This document shows positions 9,445 through 18,327 of a stretch of 64,000 bases of DNA, one piece after another (within the stretch, counting starts at the first letter, position 1; each line of letters starts with the position of its first letter). Source of the DNA: an uncultured Nitrospira sp. (GTDB taxonomy: Bacteria > Nitrospirota > Nitrospiria > Nitrospirales > Nitrospiraceae); NCBI GenBank assembly GCA_902500995.1, contig CABVSR010000001.1:73416-137415 (forward strand). Reading direction: 5' to 3'. Position numbers and translations under genes: made by a program. The notes beneath the pieces were generated by a model. The model was given only the letters and a program-made list of their open reading frames with translations, searched no databases and was not told the DNA's origin.

Positions 9445-10371
9445 TTACAGCTTTTCCGCCAGGACTTTTTTGTAATCCAGCAACGATTGAATTCGCCCGA
9501 CGATGTCTTGATATTTCCGGATCGTCGGATAGTCGGGATCAAGGAGCGGCTGCCCCTTATCGAACGTTTTGGCAAGGGTGCGGTCGAAGGGAATGCGCCC
9601 CAGCAAGGGCAGATCCAACACCTCGCACATGGCCTCGGTATTTCCCTCAAACAACTCATTCTCGGCGCCGCAGGACGGACACCGGTATTCACTCATATTC
9701 TCGACGATACCCAACACCCGGATACCCATATCCCTGGCGTAGGTCACCGACTTTTGGACCACATCAGAAGCAACTTCGGATGGCGTGGTCACCACGATCG
9801 CACCGGCGAGGTCGGGAATAAACCCCGCGATGACCGGGGGTTTGTCGGCTGCGGCGCCCGGAGGCAGGTCGGCCAGGAGATAATCCAGCTCCCCCCACAC
9901 CACATCGGCCAGAAATTCGCGAATCACGTTCATTTCCATCAAGCCCAGCCAGACCGGGCTCAAATCCATCGGCCCCTTCCAGCGGACCGGCGACGCGTCG
10001 CCCAGGAAGAAGTCCATTGACGCGACCTTGATACCGAGCGGACCGACCGGGGGCTGAGCCCCTTGCGGCGTCATGGTCAACGATTGGCCGTGGAGACCCA
10101 TCATTCGCGGCACGCATGGACCGTTCAGATCCACATCGAGCAATCCGACCTTGGCCCCCTGGCGCGCGAAGGCTAACGCGAGATTGACGGTGGTCATGCT
10201 CTTTCCAACCCCGCCCTTGCCGCTCATCACCACCAACTTCTGCTTGATGCCGGCCATGCGGGCCTGCACCTGCTTCATTTGCGCAGTAATCTGCTGCACG
10301 ACTTTGGCGTCGTCGGAATACTGGAGTTTGGTCAGGATCGACTTGAGGTCCTTCCCGGCTGCCATAGTCAT
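9445..10371 (-). CDS. apbC: Mrp/ApbC/NBP35 family Fe-S cluster carrier ATPase
   Basis: Deviant Walker A SGKGGVGKS, DLPPG, VTTPS and ENMSxxxCPSC. Confidence 0.9.
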   Translation of the reverse strand: MTMAAGKDLKSILTKLQYSDDAKVVQQITAQMKQVQARMAGIKQKLVVMSGKGGVGKSMTTVNLALAFARQGAKVGLLDVDLNGPCVPRMMGLHGQSLTMTPQGAQPPVGPLGIKVASMDFFLGDASPVRWKGPMDLSPVWLGLMEMNVIREFLADVVWGELDYLLADLPPGAAADKPPVIAGFIPDLAGAIVVTTPSEVASDVVQKSVTYARDMGIRVLGIVENMSEYRCPSCGAENELFEGNTEAMCEVLDLPLLGRIPFDRTLAKTFDKGQPLLDPDYPTIRKYQDIVGRIQSLLDYKKVLAEKL

Positions 10372-10399
10372 GAAAAACCCTCGAAATTGTTGATGAAGG

Positions 10400-10429
10400 A
10401 CGCTACCACAGGAATTTCAACAGAGTCAA
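10400..10429 (-). promoter_or_regulatory. Putative sigma70 promoter of the mrp unit
   Basis: TTGACT-N18-TAGCGT on the minus strand. Confidence 0.6.
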
Positions 10430-10445
10430 ACCGCCCGTCCTCCGT

Positions 10446-12299
10446 TTAGATGGAATATTGAATGGAAGACTTGGTTCCGGACGGCTCGATCAGGACGCCT
10501 CGTTTCTTCAGTTCTTCGATGATTTGGCGGGCGGCGGCATCGAAATCCTGTGGCCCGGCAAAATGCAGGTCCGTATTGGGCGGAGGTTCCTCGCCCGCCC
10601 TGCTCATATGCACAGCGATCACGGGTGCCGGCTGCACCAAGGTCCGTATCATCTCCGCCATGCGATGATAATTGATGCCGAACGTTTTGCTGGTCGAGAC
10701 GACAATGAGGCCTGTGTCGATCAACAACCGGGCGACTTCACCATAGCGACGGACCCGCTCGGAGGCAAATGACGGGTCTGCGGCAGACAAATCTGCGTCC
10801 AGGCCCTGTAATAAATTTTCTCCTTCCAGCAAATAGGCATGCCGGCTATCAGCCACCAGCAAGGCTTCAACCCGCCGCGCAAGAAAAGTCTTCCCTGTCT
10901 GCGCCGAGCCGGTGAACAGCACAATGGCCGCGCGATGCCCGTACTGGAGCGCCCGATCCTCAGCGCGGACATCGCCCGTCAGCCAAGCATATTCCCGCTG
11001 CCGCGCCTCTTCACGCAGGCCTTCCTGTTCGTCGTGCACCAATTCCGTGATGATCCCGCCGCCGGAAATGTCGTATTCATCGACCAGCACGAAACGGCCC
11101 GTTGCTTCAAAAGAGGACGACAGGTCGAATGCCAGCGGCGATTTCACGCGCAACGTCAATTCAGCCACTTGATTGCGGGCGACCGATTGGCTCTCCTGCA
11201 ACTGCGCCAAGTCGGCGGTATCGATAATGCGATGAATGACCGCCACCTCGCAGGCGGCTTCGCGTGTGGCCAGACGCAACATGTATTTGCGCCCCTTCTC
11301 AAGGGGCCGCCGCCCCATCCAAAACAGGTTGACCCGAATCGCGGTTGACACGAGCGGAACGGAATCCCGATGCGAGGCGATTTCTCCGCGCTCGACAAAA
11401 ATCTGTTCGTCAAGCGTAATGCCCACCGATTGACCGGCCTGCGCCTCGCTCGTCGGTGGATCGACGTTGAAACCTTCGATCGACTGCACGACCGCCGTTT
11501 TGTTCGACGGTGAAAACACGAGCTGGTCGCCCACCTTCAGCCGCCCCGCCGTAATACGGCCGGCCAATATCCGCCGCGCATCGAACTTATAGACATCCTG
11601 CAGCGGCAAGCGAAGCGGCTGCTCGGAACGCACCTGTTCTTTTCTGAAGAGCGCCAGAGTTTCCAACACCGTCGGGCCCTGGTACCAATTCATCTGCCCG
11701 CTCCGGACGGCGATGTTATCGCCCATCTTGGCGCTGACCGGAATCATCTGCTGCGGCACGGCTCGGAACTGGCCGAGAAACTCCCGGTATTCTTTTTCGA
11801 TGCCGTCGAACACATCCTGCCGGTAGCCGACCAGATCCATTTTGTTGACCACGACCGCGAACTGCGTCACGCCCAGCAGCGACAGCAGGTATCCATGCTT
11901 CTTCGATTGTTCGCGCACCCCTTCCAGGGCGTCGATCAAGAGGAGCGCGGCTTCAGCCCGGGCAGCGCCCGAAATCATATTCTTCAAAAACTCCTTATGC
12001 CCCGGCGCATCGATGATGATGTACTGCCGCCCGTTCCAGTTAAAAAACGTGCGCGCGGTATCGATCGTGATGCCCTGTTCCTGCTCCTCCAGAAACGCAT
12101 CGAACAAAAAGGCGTATTCGAACTCCTTGCCCTGTTGCCGGCAAATCGCCTGCACTTTTTCCAACTTGCCTTCGGGCAAGGAGCCGGTGTCGGCATAGAG
12201 GCGGCCCACCAGGGTGGATTTCCCGTGATCGACGTGGCCGACGATCACGATATTGAGGCTTTCTTGCGGTTTGGTCTGTTCGTCCTGTGTCATATCCAT
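10446..12299 (-). CDS. cysN: Sulfate adenylyltransferase large subunit with C-terminal APS-kinase-like domain (start 12299 or 12293; the ORF-track extension to 12689 overlaps cysD)
   Basis: EF-Tu-like GHVDHGKST, EQEQGITID, DAPGH and NKMD; C-terminal P-loop GSAQTGKT. Confidence 0.92.
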   Translation of the reverse strand: MDMTQDEQTKPQESLNIVIVGHVDHGKSTLVGRLYADTGSLPEGKLEKVQAICRQQGKEFEYAFLFDAFLEEQEQGITIDTARTFFNWNGRQYIIIDAPGHKEFLKNMISGAARAEAALLLIDALEGVREQSKKHGYLLSLLGVTQFAVVVNKMDLVGYRQDVFDGIEKEYREFLGQFRAVPQQMIPVSAKMGDNIAVRSGQMNWYQGPTVLETLALFRKEQVRSEQPLRLPLQDVYKFDARRILAGRITAGRLKVGDQLVFSPSNKTAVVQSIEGFNVDPPTSEAQAGQSVGITLDEQIFVERGEIASHRDSVPLVSTAIRVNLFWMGRRPLEKGRKYMLRLATREAACEVAVIHRIIDTADLAQLQESQSVARNQVAELTLRVKSPLAFDLSSSFEATGRFVLVDEYDISGGGIITELVHDEQEGLREEARQREYAWLTGDVRAEDRALQYGHRAAIVLFTGSAQTGKTFLARRVEALLVADSRHAYLLEGENLLQGLDADLSAADPSFASERVRRYGEVARLLIDTGLIVVSTSKTFGINYHRMAEMIRTLVQPAPVIAVHMSRAGEEPPPNTDLHFAGPQDFDAAARQIIEELKKRGVLIEPSGTKSSIQYSI

Positions 12300-12370
12300 A
12301 CTCGTACAGTGGAACGTTCTTGGTCGGGGTTCGCCCGACTCCCATGTGGCCGCAGGGCCGGGAATCCCTG

Positions 12371-13168
12371 TCACATGTAGCCCTTCTTGCGCAGCATCTC
12401 CATGCCTCGCCCCGCATCCTGCGCGCGGCCGGCCCGCTCGGCCACCGTGCTTTTCCTGAGTTCGATGATAATGTCGTCCACCGTTTTCGCAGTCGACTTG
12501 ATGGGCATGGTGCAGGGGGCGCAGCCGAGGCTGCGATAGCGTGTTCCGTCTCCCCTGTCGAGATAGAGATCCATAAAAGGAATGTTCTCGTGCTTGATGT
12601 ATTCCCAGATGTTGATCTCGGTCCAATCGAGAAGCGGATGGATGCGGATATGCGTGCCCGGAGGGAAGGTCGTCTTGAACTGATCCCACAATTCAGGCGG
12701 CTGATCGCGGAAGTCCCAGTCGCCATGTTTGTCGCGCGGCGAAAAGTATCGCTCCTTGGCTCTCGTGCTGTCTTCGTCCGCACGGACACCGAGAATGATG
12801 CCGGTATAGCCCTTTTCTTCGACGAGATTTTTCATGGCATTCGTCTTCAAGGCCGTGCAGCAGACATCCCGCCCCAGCGTATGGTTCATCCCCGCCGCCA
12901 AGGCTTCCTTATTCTGACCCACCACCAGATTGAGCCGCCATTCACGCGCAATCCGGTCGCGGTACTCGATCATCGCAGGGATTTTGTAACTCGTATCCAC
13001 GTGAAGCAAGGGAAACGGCACATGCCCGAAGAAGGCTTTACGGGCCAGCCACAGCAGGACCGTGGAATCCTTCCCCATCGACCACAGCATGGCGAGGTGA
13101 TTGAAGTGCTTATAGGCTTCGCGAAGAATATAGACGCTCTGGTCTTCCAGTTGACGTAAATGTTTCAT
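12371..13168 (-). CDS. cysD: Sulfate adenylyltransferase small subunit
   Basis: [10 protein letters not shown]-loop, [18 protein letters not shown] and [10 protein letters not shown]. Confidence 0.95.
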   Translation of the reverse strand: MKHLRQLEDQSVYILREAYKHFNHLAMLWSMGKDSTVLLWLARKAFFGHVPFPLLHVDTSYKIPAMIEYRDRIAREWRLNLVVGQNKEALAAGMNHTLGRDVCCTALKTNAMKNLVEEKGYTGIILGVRADEDSTRAKERYFSPRDKHGDWDFRDQPPELWDQFKTTFPPGTHIRIHPLLDWTEINIWEYIKHENIPFMDLYLDRGDGTRYRSLGCAPCTMPIKSTAKTVDDIIIELRKSTVAERAGRAQDAGRGMEMLRKKGYM

Positions 13169-13193
13169 GATTCACACTCTTGTATGTATGCGG

Positions 13194-14252
13194 TCAAGCC
13201 GACTTTCGACTCGCTGCCGCTTCCGCTCCTGCCCCCGTGATGAGTTCCGCCAATTTCGCCTTCGCTCGCCCGGATTCCAACGCGCTACGGGCTGCCGGCA
13301 GATTCCCGGTGATCGACGTTCCCTTCCCGGCCGCGTACAGCAACATGGCTGCGTTCAGCAGCACCCAATCGCGCTGCCCGCCTTGAATCTCGTTGGCGAT
13401 CAACCGTGTGATCAAATCGGCTTCCCGTTCGCGCTGCTCCGCCGGAAACCCGGCCATCTCGCGGAATGTCGCCATGGGCAGCCCTGCATCTTTGGGCTGA
13501 AAGGTAAAAGGCGTGATGCGTTCGTCCTTGAGTTCCAAGAGACGGGTCGAGTTGCCGATCGACAGTTCAGGATCGCCTTCCACGCCGCGAATCACCAGCG
13601 CGCGCGGGCAGCTCAACATACGCAAGGCTTCGATCGTTTTTTCGAAATAGGGCGGATGCGACAAGCCGATCACCTGCGAACCGGCGCGGGCTGGATTGAG
13701 CAGTCTCGCCACCGGGTGAAAGCAATTGCGTACGCCCAATTCCTGCCGCATTTCGAGAAACCGGCTCACCGGCGGGTGATACAACGCGAGATCCAGATAG
13801 GCGAACCCTTTTTTTTCTAACTCCGGCCCGACTAGCTTGGCGGTCTGGTCGGTCGGAATGCCCAGCACCTTCAGGACTGCCGACACCCCGCGGCGATCGG
13901 GCGGGCCATCCACACCGTGCAACAACAGCACGGCGCCGGCCGCCGCCGCAATGATCGCGGCGGGCACGATCGCGTGAAATGTCTCCCGTTTTCCCGCATA
14001 GACAGGCACATCCACGACGCCGAGGCCTGAACGAACCGGCACCGGCGGGACATATTGCCTGGCTGTGGCGGTGAATGCCGCCAATTCCGTGACCGATTCC
14101 GACTTGAAACGCATGGCCGTCAGAAACGCTCCGATCTGAGCCTGCGTGGCTGTCCCTTCGATCATCAGGCGCATGGCCTGCTTGGCTTCTTCCCACGTGA
14201 GATCCTTGGACGTCTTTTGACCTTTGGCGACTTTGGCGAGCAGATGTTGCAT
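13194..14252 (-). CDS. TrpD2/YbiB-like glycosyltransferase family 3 protein (anthranilate PRT fold, non-canonical)
   Basis: N-terminal helical domain (DLTWEEA...AQIGAFLTAMRFKSES) and ELGVRNCFHPVARLLNP; no GTGGD motif. Confidence 0.8.
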   Translation of the reverse strand: MQHLLAKVAKGQKTSKDLTWEEAKQAMRLMIEGTATQAQIGAFLTAMRFKSESVTELAAFTATARQYVPPVPVRSGLGVVDVPVYAGKRETFHAIVPAAIIAAAAGAVLLLHGVDGPPDRRGVSAVLKVLGIPTDQTAKLVGPELEKKGFAYLDLALYHPPVSRFLEMRQELGVRNCFHPVARLLNPARAGSQVIGLSHPPYFEKTIEALRMLSCPRALVIRGVEGDPELSIGNSTRLLELKDERITPFTFQPKDAGLPMATFREMAGFPAEQREREADLITRLIANEIQGGQRDWVLLNAAMLLYAAGKGTSITGNLPAARSALESGRAKAKLAELITGAGAEAAASRKSA

Positions 14253-14293
14253 GTGACGGTCGTACCTTGTCTGGTGTCAGGGTGACGATGAGG

Positions 14294-15022
14294 TTATTTA
14301 TGCAGTCCGCATTCGGTCTTGCCGAAATTTTTCCATCGACCGGAACGCGGATCGTCCCCCGGAAGGACAGGCGCTGTGCAATGGGTGCAACCGATGCTGG
14401 GATAGTTGCGATCGTGCAAGGTGTTGTACGGGACCTCATGGAGCTGGAGATAGGTCCAGACCTGCTCACTACTCCATGCGGCCAGCGGGTTCACTTTGAC
14501 CAGATTGAATTTCTTGTCCCACTCAATCAGCCCCGCGTTGGCTCTGGTCGGGGCCTGATCCCGCCTGATTCCGGTGATCCACGCGCGGTACCGGCCGAGT
14601 ATCCGGGTCAATGGCTCGATTTTTCGCAGCTCGCAGCACTGATCGGGCCTGCTCGCCCATAAGGCCGCTCCATGTTGGGCAGCCTGCTGCTCCGGCGTCA
14701 AGAGCGATTTCATCTGAATCACCTGCGCCGGTTTCAATCCATATCGGGCAATGATGCGGTCTCGCACCTCGAACGTTTCCGGGAACAGAAAATCGGTGTC
14801 GAGGTAGAAGAGCGGCGCCTCCGGATCGATCCGATGCACCATATCGACCAAGGCTACATCTTCCGCCCCGAAACTGCAGGCGAGCACGATCTGTCGTTGA
14901 TACGTCTTCAGGGCATAGGCCAGCACATCCCACGGCTGTTTCGCTTCAAACGAATTGCTGAGGGCTCGTAATTCCTCATCCGTCGGACGGGTCACGGACG
15001 GCATTTCATCTTTGATCTCCAT
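14294..15022 (-). CDS. cysH: APS reductase, [4Fe-4S] type (likely start 15022)
   Basis: SFGAED, LDTDFLF, CCELRK, ITGIRRDQ, SIGCTHCT and ECGLH. Confidence 0.93.
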   Translation of the reverse strand: MEIKDEMPSVTRPTDEELRALSNSFEAKQPWDVLAYALKTYQRQIVLACSFGAEDVALVDMVHRIDPEAPLFYLDTDFLFPETFEVRDRIIARYGLKPAQVIQMKSLLTPEQQAAQHGAALWASRPDQCCELRKIEPLTRILGRYRAWITGIRRDQAPTRANAGLIEWDKKFNLVKVNPLAAWSSEQVWTYLQLHEVPYNTLHDRNYPSIGCTHCTAPVLPGDDPRSGRWKNFGKTECGLHK

Positions 15023-15035
15023 CGATCTCTTTTTC

Positions 15036-17522
15036 TTACCCTTCCACTTTCTCCACGAGAATTTTGAAATGTTTGGCCTCAGGCTCCAACGGGCCTTCTT
15101 CAAGAATCTTGTGCCCGTCGTTCCGCAAACTCATCGGCACATTCCGGATGGGTTCGCCGGCGTCGAGCCATACTTCGAGCTGCTCGCCGTTGTCCATCAT
15201 TTCCAGTTTCAATTTCGTTTTCACATAATTCATCGGACAGGCAACCCCGCGCAGATCGTAGACCGGCGCGCTGGCGGCGAGAGCGGCCGGTTCCGCCTTC
15301 GGTGCCGGTGCCGGGACCGCCTCTTCTTTCACCTGTGACAGCTTCAAGTCTTTGCCCATTTGTTCGGTGGCCGCCCGGCAGACCGAGAGAAACCGCTTGG
15401 CAAACGCCATCTTGTCGTTCGCCGCCTCGGCCGTCGCATCCTTCGATCCCAAATCCCCGACTTGCGCGCCGAGATTGAGATAGGTCATCGGTACGATGCC
15501 TTTGCTCGCCAAGCGCGCATCGAACTCCTGGAAGGTCTCGGCATCGGTCGCCGGATCGATCCCTTCAGTGACCAGCAAGCCTTTGGCCGCCGCCAACACA
15601 GCCCGATACGACTTGTTCACCGAAAGGGCATACTGATGCTTCTCGACGAGCAGTTTCGCCTGATAGAGCTCCTGATCGGCCTCCAGCATGCGGTCATCGA
15701 TCATTTCCAAGGCGCCACCCGCGCACTCGCCGGGGCCCAAATCCTCCAACACGAATTCGGCTTCGCCTTCCCAGTCGTAGTAGTAGGTCGGATCTTGTTC
15801 GTACGCCGGTACGATCGTATAGGGAATGAGTTCGTCTTTCAGGACATGTTTCCCCACCCGCGAGATGAACGACTGGAGGTTCTCTCCCGGCTTCCGATCT
15901 CGGCGATAGACCTCGACCAAATGCCGCACCGCCGCGGGGACACTCTTCGCCGGCAGTTTGACTACCAATTGCCCGATCTTCGGCGTGCCGTCCACGTGTC
16001 CGCCCAGGTGCAATTCGTAATGCGGCGCGGTGTGTTCGCCGAGACGTTTGCCCACCCCATGCAACCCGATCGTGGAGATATGATGCTGGGCGCAGGAGTT
16101 ATGGCAGCCGCTGATCTTGACGCTGACATCACGCAGATCTTCCGGCACCTGCCCGGCAGGAAAGACCTCGGCCAAGGCCCGCGCCATTCCCTTTGAGGAC
16201 GTGATCCCCAGCCCGCATGTATCCGTCCCCGGGCAGGCAATGATGTCCTCGACCAGCTCGGCACCGGGGTCGCCCAGGCTGTGCGCCACGAGTTCCGCAT
16301 GAAACGCAGCCAGGCGATCCTCAGGAATCCAGCGAATGATCATGTTCTGATTGATGGTGGTGCGGATGTTTCCATTGGAATACCGTTCCGCCAAATCAGC
16401 CACCACCCACATTTGTTCGCCCGTTAAATCGCCCATCGGCAGCTTGATAGCCGCCGCGGCGAAGCCGTTCTGCCGTTGGGGCACGACGTTGGTTCGCCTC
16501 CAGGCTTCAAAGGCGGATTCGGCTCCGTTCCGCGATGCAGCCCCGTTCCCATTCCCATTGCCGTTTCCATTCGGACTGCCCGGCGCTTTCGTCGGCATCA
16601 ACAAGGGCGGCGTATCGTCATAGTCCAGCAGCTTGATCGGCTCATGGGTCGGCACGGCATACCCCATGGCCGTGTAGGCTGCTTCCCACCGGCGCTTGAA
16701 TTCGTCGAACCCGAGTTTCTCGATGACGAACTTCATGCGGGCCTTGTTCCGATTCTTGCGGTTTCCCAGAGTATCGAAGACTTTGATGACCGCTTCGATG
16801 GTGGGCAGCAATTCGTCCATCGGCGTAAACTCTCGCAGCACCTGCGCCATGCGCGGCGTCGATCCCAAGCCTCCGCCCGCCACCATCCGGAACCCAATGG
16901 TACCGTCCGCCCGCTTCGCCGCCAACAACCCGATGTCGTGAATGGGCGTCAGGGCGCAATCCTGCCGGCAGCCGGAGAGCGCGATCTTGAACTTCCGCGG
17001 GAGGCTCTGGTTGAGCGGATTACGCAGCAGGTGATAGGCGACCGTCTTGGCATAGGGTGTGACATCGAACACTTCGCCCTGGCATACCCCCGCCAAATGG
17101 CACGCCGTCACATTGCGCACCGTGTTGGCGCAAGCTTCACGCGTGGTCAACCCCACCGAGGCCAGTTGACGCATCATCTCGGGCACATGTTTGAGTTCCA
17201 CGAAATGCAACTGAATGTCCTGGCGTGTCGTAACATGGCCCACGCCGGTGGCGAACTGGTCGGCCAGTTCCGCGACGCGTCGCAATTGATTGGCTGTGAG
17301 CCCGCCGAAGGGAATTTTGATCCGGAACATCTGCACGCCCGGCTGCCGCTGGCCATAAATGCCGTATTGCAGCCGGAACGGTTTGAAGATGTCGGTCGAG
17401 AGGTCGCCGGCGAGAACCCGGTGGGCTTCTGCCTCGAACGTCTCGATTTCCTCAGCAATATGAGGGGGGATGGGCTCGGCCTTGACGGCCGGACGCAGAG
17501 CCTCTGTATGTGCAAGTATCAT
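15036..17522 (-). CDS. Ferredoxin-type sulfite/nitrite reductase fused to HEPN and TusA/SirA domains (likely start 17522)
   Basis: RLQYGIYGQRQ, MFRIKIP, TTRQDIQLH and two C-x5-C...C-x3-C sets; C-terminal YDLRGVACPMNYVKTKL. Confidence 0.9.
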   Translation of the reverse strand: MILAHTEALRPAVKAEPIPPHIAEEIETFEAEAHRVLAGDLSTDIFKPFRLQYGIYGQRQPGVQMFRIKIPFGGLTANQLRRVAELADQFATGVGHVTTRQDIQLHFVELKHVPEMMRQLASVGLTTREACANTVRNVTACHLAGVCQGEVFDVTPYAKTVAYHLLRNPLNQSLPRKFKIALSGCRQDCALTPIHDIGLLAAKRADGTIGFRMVAGGGLGSTPRMAQVLREFTPMDELLPTIEAVIKVFDTLGNRKNRNKARMKFVIEKLGFDEFKRRWEAAYTAMGYAVPTHEPIKLLDYDDTPPLLMPTKAPGSPNGNGNGNGNGAASRNGAESAFEAWRRTNVVPQRQNGFAAAAIKLPMGDLTGEQMWVVADLAERYSNGNIRTTINQNMIIRWIPEDRLAAFHAELVAHSLGDPGAELVEDIIACPGTDTCGLGITSSKGMARALAEVFPAGQVPEDLRDVSVKISGCHNSCAQHHISTIGLHGVGKRLGEHTAPHYELHLGGHVDGTPKIGQLVVKLPAKSVPAAVRHLVEVYRRDRKPGENLQSFISRVGKHVLKDELIPYTIVPAYEQDPTYYYDWEGEAEFVLEDLGPGECAGGALEMIDDRMLEADQELYQAKLLVEKHQYALSVNKSYRAVLAAAKGLLVTEGIDPATDAETFQEFDARLASKGIVPMTYLNLGAQVGDLGSKDATAEAANDKMAFAKRFLSVCRAATEQMGKDLKLSQVKEEAVPAPAPKAEPAALAASAPVYDLRGVACPMNYVKTKLKLEMMDNGEQLEVWLDAGEPIRNVPMSLRNDGHKILEEGPLEPEAKHFKILVEKVEG
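16543..16572. repeat. Five imperfect hexamers encoding an (Asn-Gly)5 linker
   Basis: ccgttc ccattc ccattg ccgttt ccattc. Confidence 0.85.
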
Positions 17523-17572
17523 AACGACCTCGTGGGTTCGGAAATAAGGGACGGGCGCATCATATCGACACT

Positions 17573-18025
17573 TTAAATGTGGTACATCAAGGTATGTTGC
17601 GCGTCGAGAGCCCGCTGGCGCTTGGCCAACTCCTCGACGGTGACTTCGGATAACACGCTCAATTCCGCTCGTTTCACACGATCCCAAATGTGCGCGAGGA
17701 GCGCGTCCTGTTTCGATCCTCGTGTGGAGGACTGTTTCGAGGCGGCTTCACCATTCACCGGAAGCAACGGGCCTTCCAAGGCATCGATAATATCCGCCAC
17801 AGACAGCTCCGAGGGCTTTCGACTCAGCACATATCCGCCTTGGGCGCCGCGCTGGCTCGTCACGACGCCGGCCTTCTTCATCGCGTGGAGCACCTGCTCG
17901 AGAAAGCGAGCCGGGATTGCCTGGCGTTTTGCAATCGATTTTGCGCATACGGGATGCTCGGCGTGGTGGAGCGCAAGGTCGACGGCAGCAATGATCCCGT
18001 AGGTCGCGCGCAGGCTCACTTTCAT
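17573..18025 (-). CDS. Rrf2 family regulator (CymR-like, no IscR Cys triad)
   Basis: IAKRQAIPARFLEQVL and SQRGAQGGYVL; heads the sulfate assimilation genes. Confidence 0.9.
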   Translation of the reverse strand: MKVSLRATYGIIAAVDLALHHAEHPVCAKSIAKRQAIPARFLEQVLHAMKKAGVVTSQRGAQGGYVLSRKPSELSVADIIDALEGPLLPVNGEAASKQSSTRGSKQDALLAHIWDRVKRAELSVLSEVTVEELAKRQRALDAQHTLMYHI

Positions 18026-18056
18026 TTTCGACTATTCCGATGGGGATTCCTGACTG

Positions 18057-18086
18057 TCTATACCTTGTGCCCGCCTTTCATGTCAA
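18057..18086 (-). promoter_or_regulatory. Putative promoter of the Rrf2-sulfur operon
   Basis: TTGACA-N18-TATAGA. Confidence 0.5.
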
Positions 18087-18327
18087 GCCAGGGCGACACT
18101 GCTCACCTCGCAGCAATCATTCATTTACTGAGCCACCCATCACAAAAACACGTGCGCTCAGTCATCGCGATTCCCACATCGCACAAGCTTGAGCGGCCGT
18201 GACGGGAACCGCCATGCACGTTCCGCTGTGACAATTCACGACAATGCGCGCGGCGGATGTTTTCGTCATTGACATCATTTGGGGCCTGAGCAATAATCCC
18301 GCCCTCCTTCTTCCTCGGTACCTTTCC

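Noticed and set aside
12300-12689. 130-codon upstream extension of cysN overlapping cysD (possible frameshift fusion)
   Set aside because: No slippery heptamer seen; the extension is low-complexity, and cysN has a plausible start at 12299/12293
13809-13816. A8 run in the TrpD2 gene (and A8 at 18858-18865) as a frameshift or phase-variation site
   Set aside because: Simply encodes Lys-Lys; the shifted frame gives no recognisable product
17523-17687. N-terminal extension of the sulfite reductase into the Rrf2 gene
   Set aside because: Overlaps the Rrf2 3' end; homology-like sequence starts after 17522
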